A stretch of 64,000 bases of DNA from IMG/VR virus record IMGVR_UViG_3300025751_002818, positions 26,576 to 90,575 of that record; one strand, given 5' to 3'. This document shows, in pieces, positions 20,575 to 29,457 of the stretch; the first letter of the stretch is position 1, and each line of letters begins with the position of its first letter. The notes under the pieces were generated by a model. That model worked only from the letters and a program-made list of their open reading frames with translations, did not search any database and was not told where the DNA came from. A program made the position numbers and the translations under genes. Source of the DNA: a virus. Lineage: Duplodnaviria > Caudoviricetes.

Positions 20575-22554
20575 ATGGCTTACACATTTTCAAATACGCA
20601 AGGAACTGCAATAACTGTAAATGACAATCAGTTAGATCAGTCTACATATTCGTTAACATTACTAGGTAAAAATGTTACTAACTACGGCCAAATTATTGCA
20701 CAAAATACAATTAGGCAATTAGAAAACTTTGCTGGTCCTAGTGAACCTGTTGCAACAATTAAATTAAATGGGCAACTTTGGTACAATACTGCTGATGAAC
20801 ATTTAACAGTTTATAGAGGTAAAAATAGTGACAGAGGTTTTACTCAATTGGCGTATGTACCTAAAGTAACTGGAACTGAGCCATCTAACAACATACAAAC
20901 TGGCGAACTTTATTATAGCACTATCAATGGTGAGTTAAATTTAAAAATTTATAATGGTACTGCATGGGTAAATGTAATAGGCACAGAATATATTCAAGAC
21001 ATTACAGCCGCCCAATTAGTAACAAATGGCACTCACACAAACATAACTGCTACATATGATGACGCCAATGATGCCGCAATAGACTTAGTAATATCAGATG
21101 CAACTATTAGAAGTAAGTTTTCAGGCGGTACTGGTGTAACTTATAATAGTAGCACTGGAGAAATTGCTATAGGACAAGCAGTAGAAACTACATCCAATGT
21201 TCAATTTAACAATTTAGTAGTTGACGGTGACTTAACAGTTAACGGTACGCAAACAGTTCTTAACACTGAAACATTAACAGTTGATGATAACTTAATTGTT
21301 CTTAACAACAACGAAGCAGGTACTCCAAGTGCAAATGCAGGTATAGAAGTTGAAAGAGGTACATCGACTAACGTTCAATTAAGATGGAACGAAAGCGGAG
21401 ATTACTGGGAAGTAACAAGAGACGGCTCAACTTACGAAAAAATTTATACAGAATCAGAAATAGAAGGATTTTTTAGTGCCACAGATGCAGGTGGTGACGG
21501 ATCATTTGCGTACAATGGTGCTGGAGTATTTACATATACAGGTCCAAGTACCAGTGAAGTAAGAGCACATTTTTCAGCAGGTACTAACACAACATATTCG
21601 GGTGGACAGTTTAGTATATCCGATGCAACTATTAGGGGCAAGTTTTCAGTAACCGACAGTGGCGGAGACGGAAGCCTATCATATAGTAATGGCGTATTTA
21701 CATATACAGGTCCGAGTGCTAGTGAAGTAAGAGCACATCTTAGTGCCAGCGGTGACTTATCATACAATAGCGGTACTGGTGTTATCAGTTTCACACAAAG
21801 AACAGATGCACAAGTTAATACGTTAGCAGATGCTAGAATACAAGCCAATCTTATAGATGAAGATACTTTTGCTACCAACAGTTCAACCAGAGCGCCATCT
21901 CAGCAATCAGTTAAGGCATACATTGCCACACAAATTGCAACAAAAGATGCATTAAGTGAATTAAGTGGTAGTACTGACGATGTATCAGAAGGATCAACAA
22001 ATTTATACTTTACGCCAGCAAGAGTAGTAACTGCAATAGCCGATAATAATATTACAACAAAAAATATTGTAGCAACAGGCCCAACTGGAACTTACAATGT
22101 AGGTTCGAGTAGTGTTAAGTTTGGTACTATGTATGCAAACACGTTTAGTGGAACAGCAAGTTCGGCTCAATATGCTGACTTGGCAGAAATGTATTTGGCA
22201 GATGCTGAATATGAAGAAGGAACAATTTTAGTATTTGGCGGCGAAGCAGAAGTAACAACTTCTGATGTAAAAGCAAGTCCGTCAATAGCAGGAGTAGTAT
22301 CACATAATCCTGCATATTTAATGAATTCAGAATTACAAGGCGACCATGTAACAGCGGTTGCACTTAAAGGTAGGGTACCGGTCAAAGTAGTAGGAGCAGT
22401 ATCAAAAGGTGATGTGCTAGTACATAGTGCTAAACCAGGCCATGCCGAAGCGGCAGTCAACAACATGAACGTTAATGGACCTAGTTGCATAGGTATAGCA
22501 ATTACGGAAAAAACAGACGAAGGTGCTGGAACAGTGGAGGCTCTAGTTAAATAA
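20575..22554 (+). CDS. Tail fibre protein 1 with C-terminal peptidase G2-like autocleaving chaperone domain
   Basis: N-terminal anchor L.GKNVTNYGQ..A.N..R.LENFA...GQLWY; internal 56-aa tandem repeat; C-terminal SAQYADLAE...GVVS.NPAYLMN...VAL.GRVPVKV; AGGA RBS upstream. Confidence 0.8.
   Translation: MAYTFSNTQGTAITVNDNQLDQSTYSLTLLGKNVTNYGQIIAQNTIRQLENFAGPSEPVATIKLNGQLWYNTADEHLTVYRGKNSDRGFTQLAYVPKVTGTEPSNNIQTGELYYSTINGELNLKIYNGTAWVNVIGTEYIQDITAAQLVTNGTHTNITATYDDANDAAIDLVISDATIRSKFSGGTGVTYNSSTGEIAIGQAVETTSNVQFNNLVVDGDLTVNGTQTVLNTETLTVDDNLIVLNNNEAGTPSANAGIEVERGTSTNVQLRWNESGDYWEVTRDGSTYEKIYTESEIEGFFSATDAGGDGSFAYNGAGVFTYTGPSTSEVRAHFSAGTNTTYSGGQFSISDATIRGKFSVTDSGGDGSLSYSNGVFTYTGPSASEVRAHLSASGDLSYNSGTGVISFTQRTDAQVNTLADARIQANLIDEDTFATNSSTRAPSQQSVKAYIATQIATKDALSELSGSTDDVSEGSTNLYFTPARVVTAIADNNITTKNIVATGPTGTYNVGSSSVKFGTMYANTFSGTASSAQYADLAEMYLADAEYEEGTILVFGGEAEVTTSDVKASPSIAGVVSHNPAYLMNSELQGDHVTAVALKGRVPVKVVGAVSKGDVLVHSAKPGHAEAAVNNMNVNGPSCIGIAITEKTDEGAGTVEALVK
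21481..21740 (+). repeat. Tandem 168-nt (56-aa) repeat in fibre 1 (GGDGS..Y..GVFTYTGPS.SEVRAH)
   Basis: TTTACATATACAGGTCC and AGTGAAGTAAGAGCACAT each recur with 168-nt spacing (tacatataca at 21531 and 21699). Confidence 0.9.
22161..22184 (+). repeat. 24-bp exact direct repeat, copy 1 (TTCGGCTCAATATGCTGACTTGGC)
   Basis: Identical to 24278-24301; encodes S-A-Q-Y-A-D-L-A. Confidence 0.9.
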
Positions 22555-24665
22555 TGGCATATACAATTACATCAAGTACAGGAGTCAGTTATACTGTAGA
22601 AGACGGTACAATTAATAATATTTTTAGCCTAAAATTAGTTGGTAAGAATGTTACTAACTATGGCCAGGTATTTGCAGAAAACAGTCTAAGACATTTAGAA
22701 AACTTTGCAAGTCCTTTAGCACCTACACCAAATACAACATTAGTAGGTCAAGTTTGGTACGATACCACAGAAAAAGTTTTAAGAGTTTATAAAGATAATA
22801 CATCAACATGGGTAAGAACATCACCAGTTATATCATCTAGTGCACCTGCAGACGGAGTAAGTGCCGGAGCAATGTATTTTGACACAACAGATGATAAATT
22901 AAAAATACACAACGGTGTTGCTTATGTTGACAGTAGTTATGCTGGTGAAATATCAAATGAATACACTAATGTAAATAATTTAAATACACCAAGTTCTTAT
23001 GGTACTAAATTAAGAAATATATTCTTAAAAGACAACGGTGATATTCCAAGAGCCGTTAGTGCATTAGTATATGTTAATGACGGTGAAACTAGTAGCACAA
23101 GGCCAGGTGGTGAAACTATCATGGCTATATTTAGTGATCACACAGCATTCACTGTTAAGGATGTCGCAGGTTCATCTCATGGTGATGCATATAATTGGTA
23201 TGATCAATTAGCAGAAGCAGACGGTATTGGTATTGAAATCAGTCCTGGTATGAACTTAAGGCAGGAGTATGCTAATACATCTATAGCATTAGCAGACAGA
23301 GCCTATAGAGCAGACGGCATTACAGGTAATTTAGTTATAGGTGCTAGTAATGTTGGCATTACATCTATTGTTACATCATCAAGTGATATTATTCCTGACT
23401 CAGGTGATACATTTGATTTAGGTAGTAGCACAAATAGATGGCAAAATGTTTATGTAAATGGTATACTTTCATTAGGCCAAACAGGTGGCACAGCAGAAGT
23501 TAGATCAACTGCCGCCAACGTTACAACAAAAATTGGTACAACAGCATTTCCTATTACAACATCAAATATCAGCGATGCTACAGTAAACACAATCAGAGTT
23601 ACAAATTATCAAGGTGGCTCAGGTAATATTAACATTGGTAATGTTATTGCTACTGGTTCTATCACATCAAGCAGTTTAGCAGTATCAGGTGGAGCGGCAA
23701 TAACAGGTAATATTGACGGAACTATTTTTAAAGGTACGACAGCAATATTAACAGGCAATGGCTCATTTGGAAGTATAACAAACTCAGGTTTAACAACACT
23801 AAACGGCTCGGTGATACTTGGTGATAATAACACCGACGATATTACAATAAATGGTCAACTAAAATCACATTTAATACCAGATGCAACAACAACATATAAC
23901 TTAGGTTCCAGTACAAATTATTGGAATAATTTATATATTAATACAATTAATGCTTCTGGTAATATGACCTTTGCTGGTTTGCTAAATCTTACAAGTACAG
24001 CAAGTCCAAGCAGTAACTCAGATGTAAGTGCCCCATTATATCTAGATGGTGGTGCAGTAATTGAGAAAAAATTATATGTAGGCGAAACTATTGATGGCAG
24101 AGACGCAGAACTATGGAAATTAAAATTAAAAGATCTTGCTAATCCAACAAGTGCGTCAGATACAAGTGCATCATTTTACACAACCGGTGGTGCAGTAATA
24201 GAGAAAAGATTATTTGTAGGCGAAAATATAACAACCAGTGCAAATGTTATTGGTAATTATTTTGAAGGTACAGCAACTTCGGCTCAATATGCTGACTTGG
24301 CTGAGATATATTCTGCAGACGCAGACTACGAACCAGGTACAGTTGTAAAACTAGGCGGTAGTGCAGAAGTTACACAAACAACTTCATTTAACGACCCAGA
24401 AGTATTTGGTGTAGTGAGTACTAACCCTGCTTATCTAATGAACAGTGAAGCAGAAGGTGTTGCAGTAGCACTAACAGGTAGAGTACCTGTTAAAGTTGAA
24501 GGTCGTATAAAGAAAGGTGAAAGACTTGTAAGTGGTTCTAAACCAGGCTATGCAAAAGCATTAATGAAAAACGAATACGACATGAGATGTGTTATTGGTA
24601 GAGCACTACAAGACAAAGACACTTTTGATGATGATGTAGTCGAAGTAGTAATCGGCGTCAAATAA
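22554..24665 (+). CDS. Tail fibre protein 2 with C-terminal peptidase G2-like autocleaving chaperone domain
   Basis: Same N-terminal anchor and SAQYADLAE C-terminal domain as fibre 1 but a different middle; TAATG coupling to fibre 1; duplicated GGAVIEK(K/R)L.VGE motif. Confidence 0.8.
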   Translation: MAYTITSSTGVSYTVEDGTINNIFSLKLVGKNVTNYGQVFAENSLRHLENFASPLAPTPNTTLVGQVWYDTTEKVLRVYKDNTSTWVRTSPVISSSAPADGVSAGAMYFDTTDDKLKIHNGVAYVDSSYAGEISNEYTNVNNLNTPSSYGTKLRNIFLKDNGDIPRAVSALVYVNDGETSSTRPGGETIMAIFSDHTAFTVKDVAGSSHGDAYNWYDQLAEADGIGIEISPGMNLRQEYANTSIALADRAYRADGITGNLVIGASNVGITSIVTSSSDIIPDSGDTFDLGSSTNRWQNVYVNGILSLGQTGGTAEVRSTAANVTTKIGTTAFPITTSNISDATVNTIRVTNYQGGSGNINIGNVIATGSITSSSLAVSGGAAITGNIDGTIFKGTTAILTGNGSFGSITNSGLTTLNGSVILGDNNTDDITINGQLKSHLIPDATTTYNLGSSTNYWNNLYINTINASGNMTFAGLLNLTSTASPSSNSDVSAPLYLDGGAVIEKKLYVGETIDGRDAELWKLKLKDLANPTSASDTSASFYTTGGAVIEKRLFVGENITTSANVIGNYFEGTATSAQYADLAEIYSADADYEPGTVVKLGGSAEVTQTTSFNDPEVFGVVSTNPAYLMNSEAEGVAVALTGRVPVKVEGRIKKGERLVSGSKPGYAKALMKNEYDMRCVIGRALQDKDTFDDDVVEVVIGVK
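24278..24301 (+). repeat. 24-bp exact direct repeat, copy 2
   Basis: Identical to 22161-22184. Confidence 0.9.
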
Positions 24666-24689
24666 TTTTTAAATTCCCCCTAGGTTAAG

Positions 24690-24696
24690 ATAACTA
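24690..24696 (+). promoter_or_regulatory. Late promoter variant ATAACTA, 5 nt before the ATG at 24702
   Basis: GATAACTA-atagt-ATG; same spacing as the 19876, 45342 and 56103 motifs, one mismatch. Confidence 0.45.
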
Positions 24697-24701
24697 ATAG
24701 T

Positions 24702-25274
24702 ATGAAAGGAGACTATTGGCTATTTTTTGATTCAGCATTAAGTTCTGATTGGTGTGATTACATTGTTAATTATGCTTTAGAAAACTATGAACCACGTGAT
24801 GCAGTTATTGGTTTTGAAAATGCAACACATGACGAAACGTATCGCAAAAGCGAAATACGTTGGCTCAATCCAAAAACAGAAGAAGCAATAACCAAAGAAA
24901 TTTGGCACTACGCCAACCAGGCAAACAGAGATTCATTTGATTTAGATTTACGATATGTAAACGATATACAGTTTACAAAGTATATTGGCGACCCAGACAA
25001 TCCAGGTAAGTATGATTGGCACCATGATGTAGACTGGGCCGAAAGCAGAGCATTTCATAGAAAACTTAGTATAATATTTCAATTAACAGACCCTAGTGAA
25101 TACGAGGGTGGTAAGTTTGAATTTGATAATACGTTGCCGGCATTACCAGATGGAGCATTCAATAAAGGTTCCGTAATTGTATTTCCTAGTTTTCACAGGC
25201 ATAGAGTAACTCCAGTAACCAGCGGATTACGACACAGTTTAGTAACTTGGGTAGAAGGACCACATTGGCGATGA
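24702..25274 (+). CDS. 2OG-Fe(II) oxygenase, prolyl-4-hydroxylase/PKHD-like
   Basis: R.SEIRW, QFTKY, YDWHHD (HxD), RKLSI, YEGG.FEF, GSVIVFPSF..HRVTPVTSG.R.SLV.W. Confidence 0.9.
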   Translation: MKGDYWLFFDSALSSDWCDYIVNYALENYEPRDAVIGFENATHDETYRKSEIRWLNPKTEEAITKEIWHYANQANRDSFDLDLRYVNDIQFTKYIGDPDNPGKYDWHHDVDWAESRAFHRKLSIIFQLTDPSEYEGGKFEFDNTLPALPDGAFNKGSVIVFPSFHRHRVTPVTSGLRHSLVTWVEGPHWR

Positions 25275-27208
25275 AACATTATTATATAAATTTAAATAGA
25301 AGACCTGAGCGTAATCAAAACATGATTGATTTGTTTGCTAAACTTGAAATAACAGATTATGAAAGAATTGAAGCAGTAGACGGTAATTTAGTCGATTATA
25401 GCAAAGTACTCAAAAGCGGTATGCAAGTATGCAAAAATTGGTTAGACCCATTAGAAGACAGACCGCTTACTACAGGAGAAGTTGGTTGTATTCTTAGTCA
25501 CATAGTAGCATGGTCTAGAATAGTTAAGAGCGGCGAGCCAGGTGTTGTTTTAGAAGATGATCTATTTCACAGCAGTGACAAATATAATTTAACACAGATA
25601 AAAGAAAGACTTGATGAGTTTGATTTAGTCTATTTGTCTAAGTGGAATATGGATATGGAAATGGTAGGCTTTGATGATTTATTTGAAACGCCTGGATACT
25701 GCTATTGGACAGCCGGATATGCCTTAAGTGTTCAAGGTGCTCAAATGTTATTAAATGATGTAGGATTAAATAACTTAATACCAGCAGATGAATACTTACC
25801 AATGATGCTAGGTACCAGTCCCTTGTTAGACAAGTATCCACAGTTTAAAGAATTACCAAAATTAAAAGGTCTAGCATACAAAGAAAATATTTTTCATCCA
25901 TACAAAAGAGAAACAGAAATTGGCAGAACCGACACAGAAACCGCAACTACATTTAAAGAATGGAAAAATTTTAAATTACTTACAGTTGCAACAGAAAGTC
26001 TTAAAGCAGAAAACTTAATTAAAAGTTGTGAAGTACATGGTCTAGAATTAGAAATGTTAGGTGTTGGCGAGCCATGGGAAGGTGGTGTAATGGCTGATGG
26101 TCCCGGAGGCGGACACAAAGTTCATTATTTAAGAAGTAGGTTGCGTAATGTCGACGACCATGATATAGTAATGTTTGTAGATGGTTATGATGTAGTTATA
26201 AACGATAATCAAAATGAATTAATAAAAAGATTTAAACAGTTTGGAGCAGATGTGGTATTTGCCGCAGAGCCAATAATATGGCCTGATAATACTATTGCAG
26301 ATCAATTTCCACAAGTACACACAAGAAATAGATATTTAAACAGTGGTGTATTTATTGGGAGAGCAGTTGTTATAAAAGAAATGCTCAAAAACGATATAAA
26401 GAAAAAAGATGACGATCAACTTTATTACCAAAAATTATTTTTAAGTGGCAAATACAATATTAGATTAGATGTAGAAAACTATCTTTTTCAATGTGTAAGT
26501 GGTAGTGCAAATAGTTTAAGTGTGTCAGATAATAATCAAGTTTACAATTCAGAAACAGGTTGTTATAGTTGTGTGCTACATGGTAATGGTGGAGATCAAG
26601 ACAAAGAAGCATACACAAGATTAGTAAATTTAATACTAAATCAGGGTGCTGTTATTCCAATTAACATTGCCAGATACAATAAAATATGGACAGTAGCCGA
26701 TAACATTGTGGCATTTGAATACATGACACCTCAGATGTGCGATGACTTAATTGGTGCCTGTGATGCCAGAGGCGGTTGGGAGCCAAGACCAGATGACGCC
26801 TATCCGGCACAAGAAATAAGAATCAAGACATTATGCCCAAGTCTATACAAGTACTTAGATAATCATTTAACTAAAAACATATGGCCGCAGTTGGAAGCAT
26901 ACTGGCCTCCAATGAGCATGTACGGTATAAGAGACTTCTTTGCTATGCGATATAGTTTAGATACACAAACAGAATTAGCATTACATAATGATGCTAGTAT
27001 GGTCAGCGGTAGTGTTAAATTAAATGACGATTATCAAGGTGCTGAATTAACTTTTCCTAGACAGCATTATACAAACAGGCATATACCACGAGGTTTAATG
27101 CTGATGTGGCCTGGGCAAGTTACACATCCTCATGTGTGTGAACCGCTAGAAGAAGGCGTTAAATACAGCCTTACATTGTGGACAAAAAGGTTTACTCAAG
27201 ACACATAA
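25271..27208 (+). CDS. Trifunctional fusion: GT25 (COLGALT-like) + PLOD-type glycosyltransferase + PLOD-type lysyl hydroxylase (2OG-Fe(II))
   Basis: Start reassigned to ATG 25271 (ATGA overlap). GT25: YINLNRRPER, IEAVDG, DPLEDRPLTTGEVGCILSH, VLEDD, YCYWTAGYALS.QGAQMLL, IPADEYLPMM. PLOD-GT: LLTVAT, LGVGEPWEGG, GGGHKV, IVMFVDGYDV, VVFAAEPIIWPD, YLNSGVFIG, DDDQLYY. Hydroxylase: LALHNDAS, YQGAELTF, PGQVTHPH, G.KYSL. Confidence 0.85.
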   Translation: MKHYYINLNRRPERNQNMIDLFAKLEITDYERIEAVDGNLVDYSKVLKSGMQVCKNWLDPLEDRPLTTGEVGCILSHIVAWSRIVKSGEPGVVLEDDLFHSSDKYNLTQIKERLDEFDLVYLSKWNMDMEMVGFDDLFETPGYCYWTAGYALSVQGAQMLLNDVGLNNLIPADEYLPMMLGTSPLLDKYPQFKELPKLKGLAYKENIFHPYKRETEIGRTDTETATTFKEWKNFKLLTVATESLKAENLIKSCEVHGLELEMLGVGEPWEGGVMADGPGGGHKVHYLRSRLRNVDDHDIVMFVDGYDVVINDNQNELIKRFKQFGADVVFAAEPIIWPDNTIADQFPQVHTRNRYLNSGVFIGRAVVIKEMLKNDIKKKDDDQLYYQKLFLSGKYNIRLDVENYLFQCVSGSANSLSVSDNNQVYNSETGCYSCVLHGNGGDQDKEAYTRLVNLILNQGAVIPINIARYNKIWTVADNIVAFEYMTPQMCDDLIGACDARGGWEPRPDDAYPAQEIRIKTLCPSLYKYLDNHLTKNIWPQLEAYWPPMSMYGIRDFFAMRYSLDTQTELALHNDASMVSGSVKLNDDYQGAELTFPRQHYTNRHIPRGLMLMWPGQVTHPHVCEPLEEGVKYSLTLWTKRFTQDT

Positions 27209-27221
27209 TCTAAAATTTTTG

Positions 27222-27274
27222 ATAAATACATTTGTACAATTTGTTATCACATGATAACGACTAAATCGATTTAG
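27222..27274 (+). promoter_or_regulatory. Late promoter motif ATAAATA followed by three tandem inverted repeats, the last overlapping the RBS
   Basis: ATAAATA 27222-27228; TTGTACAA 27232-27239; GTTATC-acat-GATAAC 27243-27258; perfect 14-bp palindrome CTAAATCGATTTAG 27261-27274 running into AGGAG. Confidence 0.6.
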
Positions 27275-27284
27275 GAGAAAAACA

Positions 27285-28184
27285 ATGGCATTATCAACCA
27301 TGACAAATAGAACAGCAGGAGCAACAATAACTGCGTCTGACTGGGATATTGCAAGAAATAATATTTTATTAATAACTGGAACTGCTGAAGACAGCACTCA
27401 GGAAGGGTGGGGTCAAAGTTGGAGTGTTTACAATCCAGCCGCAGGTGCAACAATTACCGACACAAACACCAATGATATCATTAATGCCGCTCAGGATATT
27501 GCAGTTTACACAGGTGCAAGTAACAATGTTTCTGATGTAGCCAACGCCGCAACTATTCAAGATACTGATTTAAATAACATTCAATCCACAATTACTAATG
27601 GGTATAATGGCAGAACAACTGCTTCAGGTTCATACTTGTCGCAAGAAGCAAAAGATACCAGCACTAGAACAGCCGCATGGAGTACTACAGTTACTCATGA
27701 TTGCTCTGTAGCATTTTCTAATGAAGCACACAGGAATTCATTCTTTAATGCAGGTGGAAGTATTTATTTTACAGCAAGTAGAAGCGGTGGATCGACTAAT
27801 AACCAAAACACTGACTGGACAAACATGTTAAGTGCTATTGGCACAGTTAAAATGAATTTTACTCAGACTACAGCAAGTTCAGGAACTACTACAAGTATTG
27901 GTATGTATGATTTAACAACAAGTTATCAGACTATCTATACCAAAGCAGGTTCAGGTGCATACTCAACTAACTATTATTCAATACAAGCAAAGGCTCCAAA
28001 TGCCTCAAGTATTCAATTCTTGATTACATTTGGTGACTCGCACACAGGTAGAGGATACTTTGATAGTGTTGATGGAACTTTAACAAGTGTTGCTGGACAG
28101 TATAGACCAAATAGTGGTACTTTACCTAATGGTTATGCAGTTACAGTTGCTACGCCGACTTATACTACAAACTCAGATTTATAA
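27285..28184 (+). CDS. Virion structural/tail protein, T/S/G/N-rich
   Basis: 299 aa; G.TI.A.DW...GWGQ N-terminus; FFNAGGSIYF.ASRSGG; strong AGGAG RBS; structural context. Confidence 0.6.
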   Translation: MALSTMTNRTAGATITASDWDIARNNILLITGTAEDSTQEGWGQSWSVYNPAAGATITDTNTNDIINAAQDIAVYTGASNNVSDVANAATIQDTDLNNIQSTITNGYNGRTTASGSYLSQEAKDTSTRTAAWSTTVTHDCSVAFSNEAHRNSFFNAGGSIYFTASRSGGSTNNQNTDWTNMLSAIGTVKMNFTQTTASSGTTTSIGMYDLTTSYQTIYTKAGSGAYSTNYYSIQAKAPNASSIQFLITFGDSHTGRGYFDSVDGTLTSVAGQYRPNSGTLPNGYAVTVATPTYTTNSDL

Positions 28185-28223
28185 TAATAAATAGTTTGTA
28201 AATAAACACAACACAGGACTTGT

Positions 28224-28586
28224 ATGAGTGAGCGACTAACCAAAGCATTAGAATTCGCCAATTATAGGCAAACATTAAATAATCAGATAGCCTCGTTAAG
28301 ATCTAAAACTCAAACGAGGCTTATCCTTTCTACAAATGGTGGTACATTCACAGTATCACAAGAACTAATTACATTTGTCAATACATTAATTGAAAAAGAG
28401 TATACAGAAAGTGTACTCATTGACAATTACCAAAACCCTATTCAAATTGAAGACTTATCAGAATTCTTAGACGAACTTCTGAGTAGGTACTTTGAGGTCA
28501 CAAATGATTATCATGCAGAATATGTCAAGTTAAGGAAGGCTCGCAAAGTCCATAAACTAATAGACATAGATCTCGATGACGACTAA
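28224..28586 (+). CDS. Conserved hypothetical protein, possible tail-fibre assembly chaperone
   Basis: 120 aa; ALEFANYRQTL, GGTF.VS.ELI.FV, VLID...NPI.I.DL..FL; ATAAATA at 28187-28193 and AGGA RBS upstream. Confidence 0.5.
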   Translation: MSERLTKALEFANYRQTLNNQIASLRSKTQTRLILSTNGGTFTVSQELITFVNTLIEKEYTESVLIDNYQNPIQIEDLSEFLDELLSRYFEVTNDYHAEYVKLRKARKVHKLIDIDLDDD

Positions 28587-29457
28587 AGGATTTTTATTAT
28601 ACGCTCATAACAATGAGGAGATCGAGTATCTTAAAATTGCCTGCGTAACGGCAAGTATGATAAGACACAATCTTGGTGAGCATAGTATTACAGTAGTCAC
28701 AGATCAAAACTCTTACGATTACACATCAAAGAATATCAAAGTAGAAGATTATATTGATAACATAATTGTTGCTGAGAAAGATCTAGAGTTCAAAGCAAAA
28801 AATCATAGAAACTATAGAGACACTAATCATAGTGTAAAAGTATTACCATTTTATAACGCCAATAGATGCGATGCATATGATATTTCACCTTATGATGAAA
28901 CTATTGTAATGGATGTTGACTATCTTGTAATGAGTGACAGTCTTAATGCATGTTGGGGTCATAAAAATGATTTGATGATGCACAGAGATGTTCAAGACAT
29001 ACAATTTGCTAGAACAGAATCATATAAAAGAATAAGTGATTTTGGTGTGTCTATGTACTGGGCAACAGTTGTTTATTTTAAAAAGACACCTTATGTAGAA
29101 AGTTTTTTCGATGTAGTAAAAGATGTAAAAGAGAATTGGAACTACTATAAGGATTTATATGAGATACCAGGTATGCTTTACAGAAATGATTACAGTTTTA
29201 GTGTTGCCGCACATGTAATGAATGGTTTTAAAAGCGAAGCACAAGAACAATTACCAATAGAAAAAATGTACAAAACATTTGATTGGGACGACATACATGA
29301 AATTAATGCTGTAAACGATATTACAATGTTTTTAGAAAAGCCAAAATCAAATGCAGACTTTCAACTTGGAAGATGGAAAGATGTTGACTTACACATTATG
29401 AATAAATGGGCATTACAACGAAATGCTGACAAACTATTGGAGATATATAATGCCTAA
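28576..29457 (+). CDS. GT-A-fold glycosyltransferase-like protein (paralogue A1)
   Basis: KGFLLYAHNN..I.Y...A, SPYDETIVMDVDYL (DxD), YWATVVYFKK; clearly paralogous to 30222-31100. Confidence 0.65.
   Translation: MTTKGFLLYAHNNEEIEYLKIACVTASMIRHNLGEHSITVVTDQNSYDYTSKNIKVEDYIDNIIVAEKDLEFKAKNHRNYRDTNHSVKVLPFYNANRCDAYDISPYDETIVMDVDYLVMSDSLNACWGHKNDLMMHRDVQDIQFARTESYKRISDFGVSMYWATVVYFKKTPYVESFFDVVKDVKENWNYYKDLYEIPGMLYRNDYSFSVAAHVMNGFKSEAQEQLPIEKMYKTFDWDDIHEINAVNDITMFLEKPKSNADFQLGRWKDVDLHIMNKWALQRNADKLLEIYNA

Noticed and set aside
804-23833. Numerous short antisense or out-of-frame ORFs in the track
   Set aside because: They lie wholly within long, motif-supported genes, lack RBSs and look like shadow ORFs.
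22161-24301. Fibre repeats as DGR template/variable repeats
   Set aside because: The shared block is identical and short, flanking differences are not adenine-specific, and no reverse transcriptase is in the window.
25247-25270. ORF-track N-terminal extensions (also 29423, 37784, 61843, 62072)
   Set aside because: Downstream ATGs with RBSs or ATGA overlaps are better starts.
25271-27208. Eukaryotic or giant-virus (NCLDV) origin of the contig because of the PLOD/COLGALT-like gene
   Set aside because: Shine-Dalgarno sites, sigma70 promoters, overlapping operonic genes and myovirus tail genes point to a bacteriophage.
1-28184. Collagen (Gly-X-Y)n repeats as a substrate for the hydroxylase/GT fusion
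   Set aside because: No sustained Gly-X-Y periodicity in any structural protein here; only a poly-Gly/Pro hinge.
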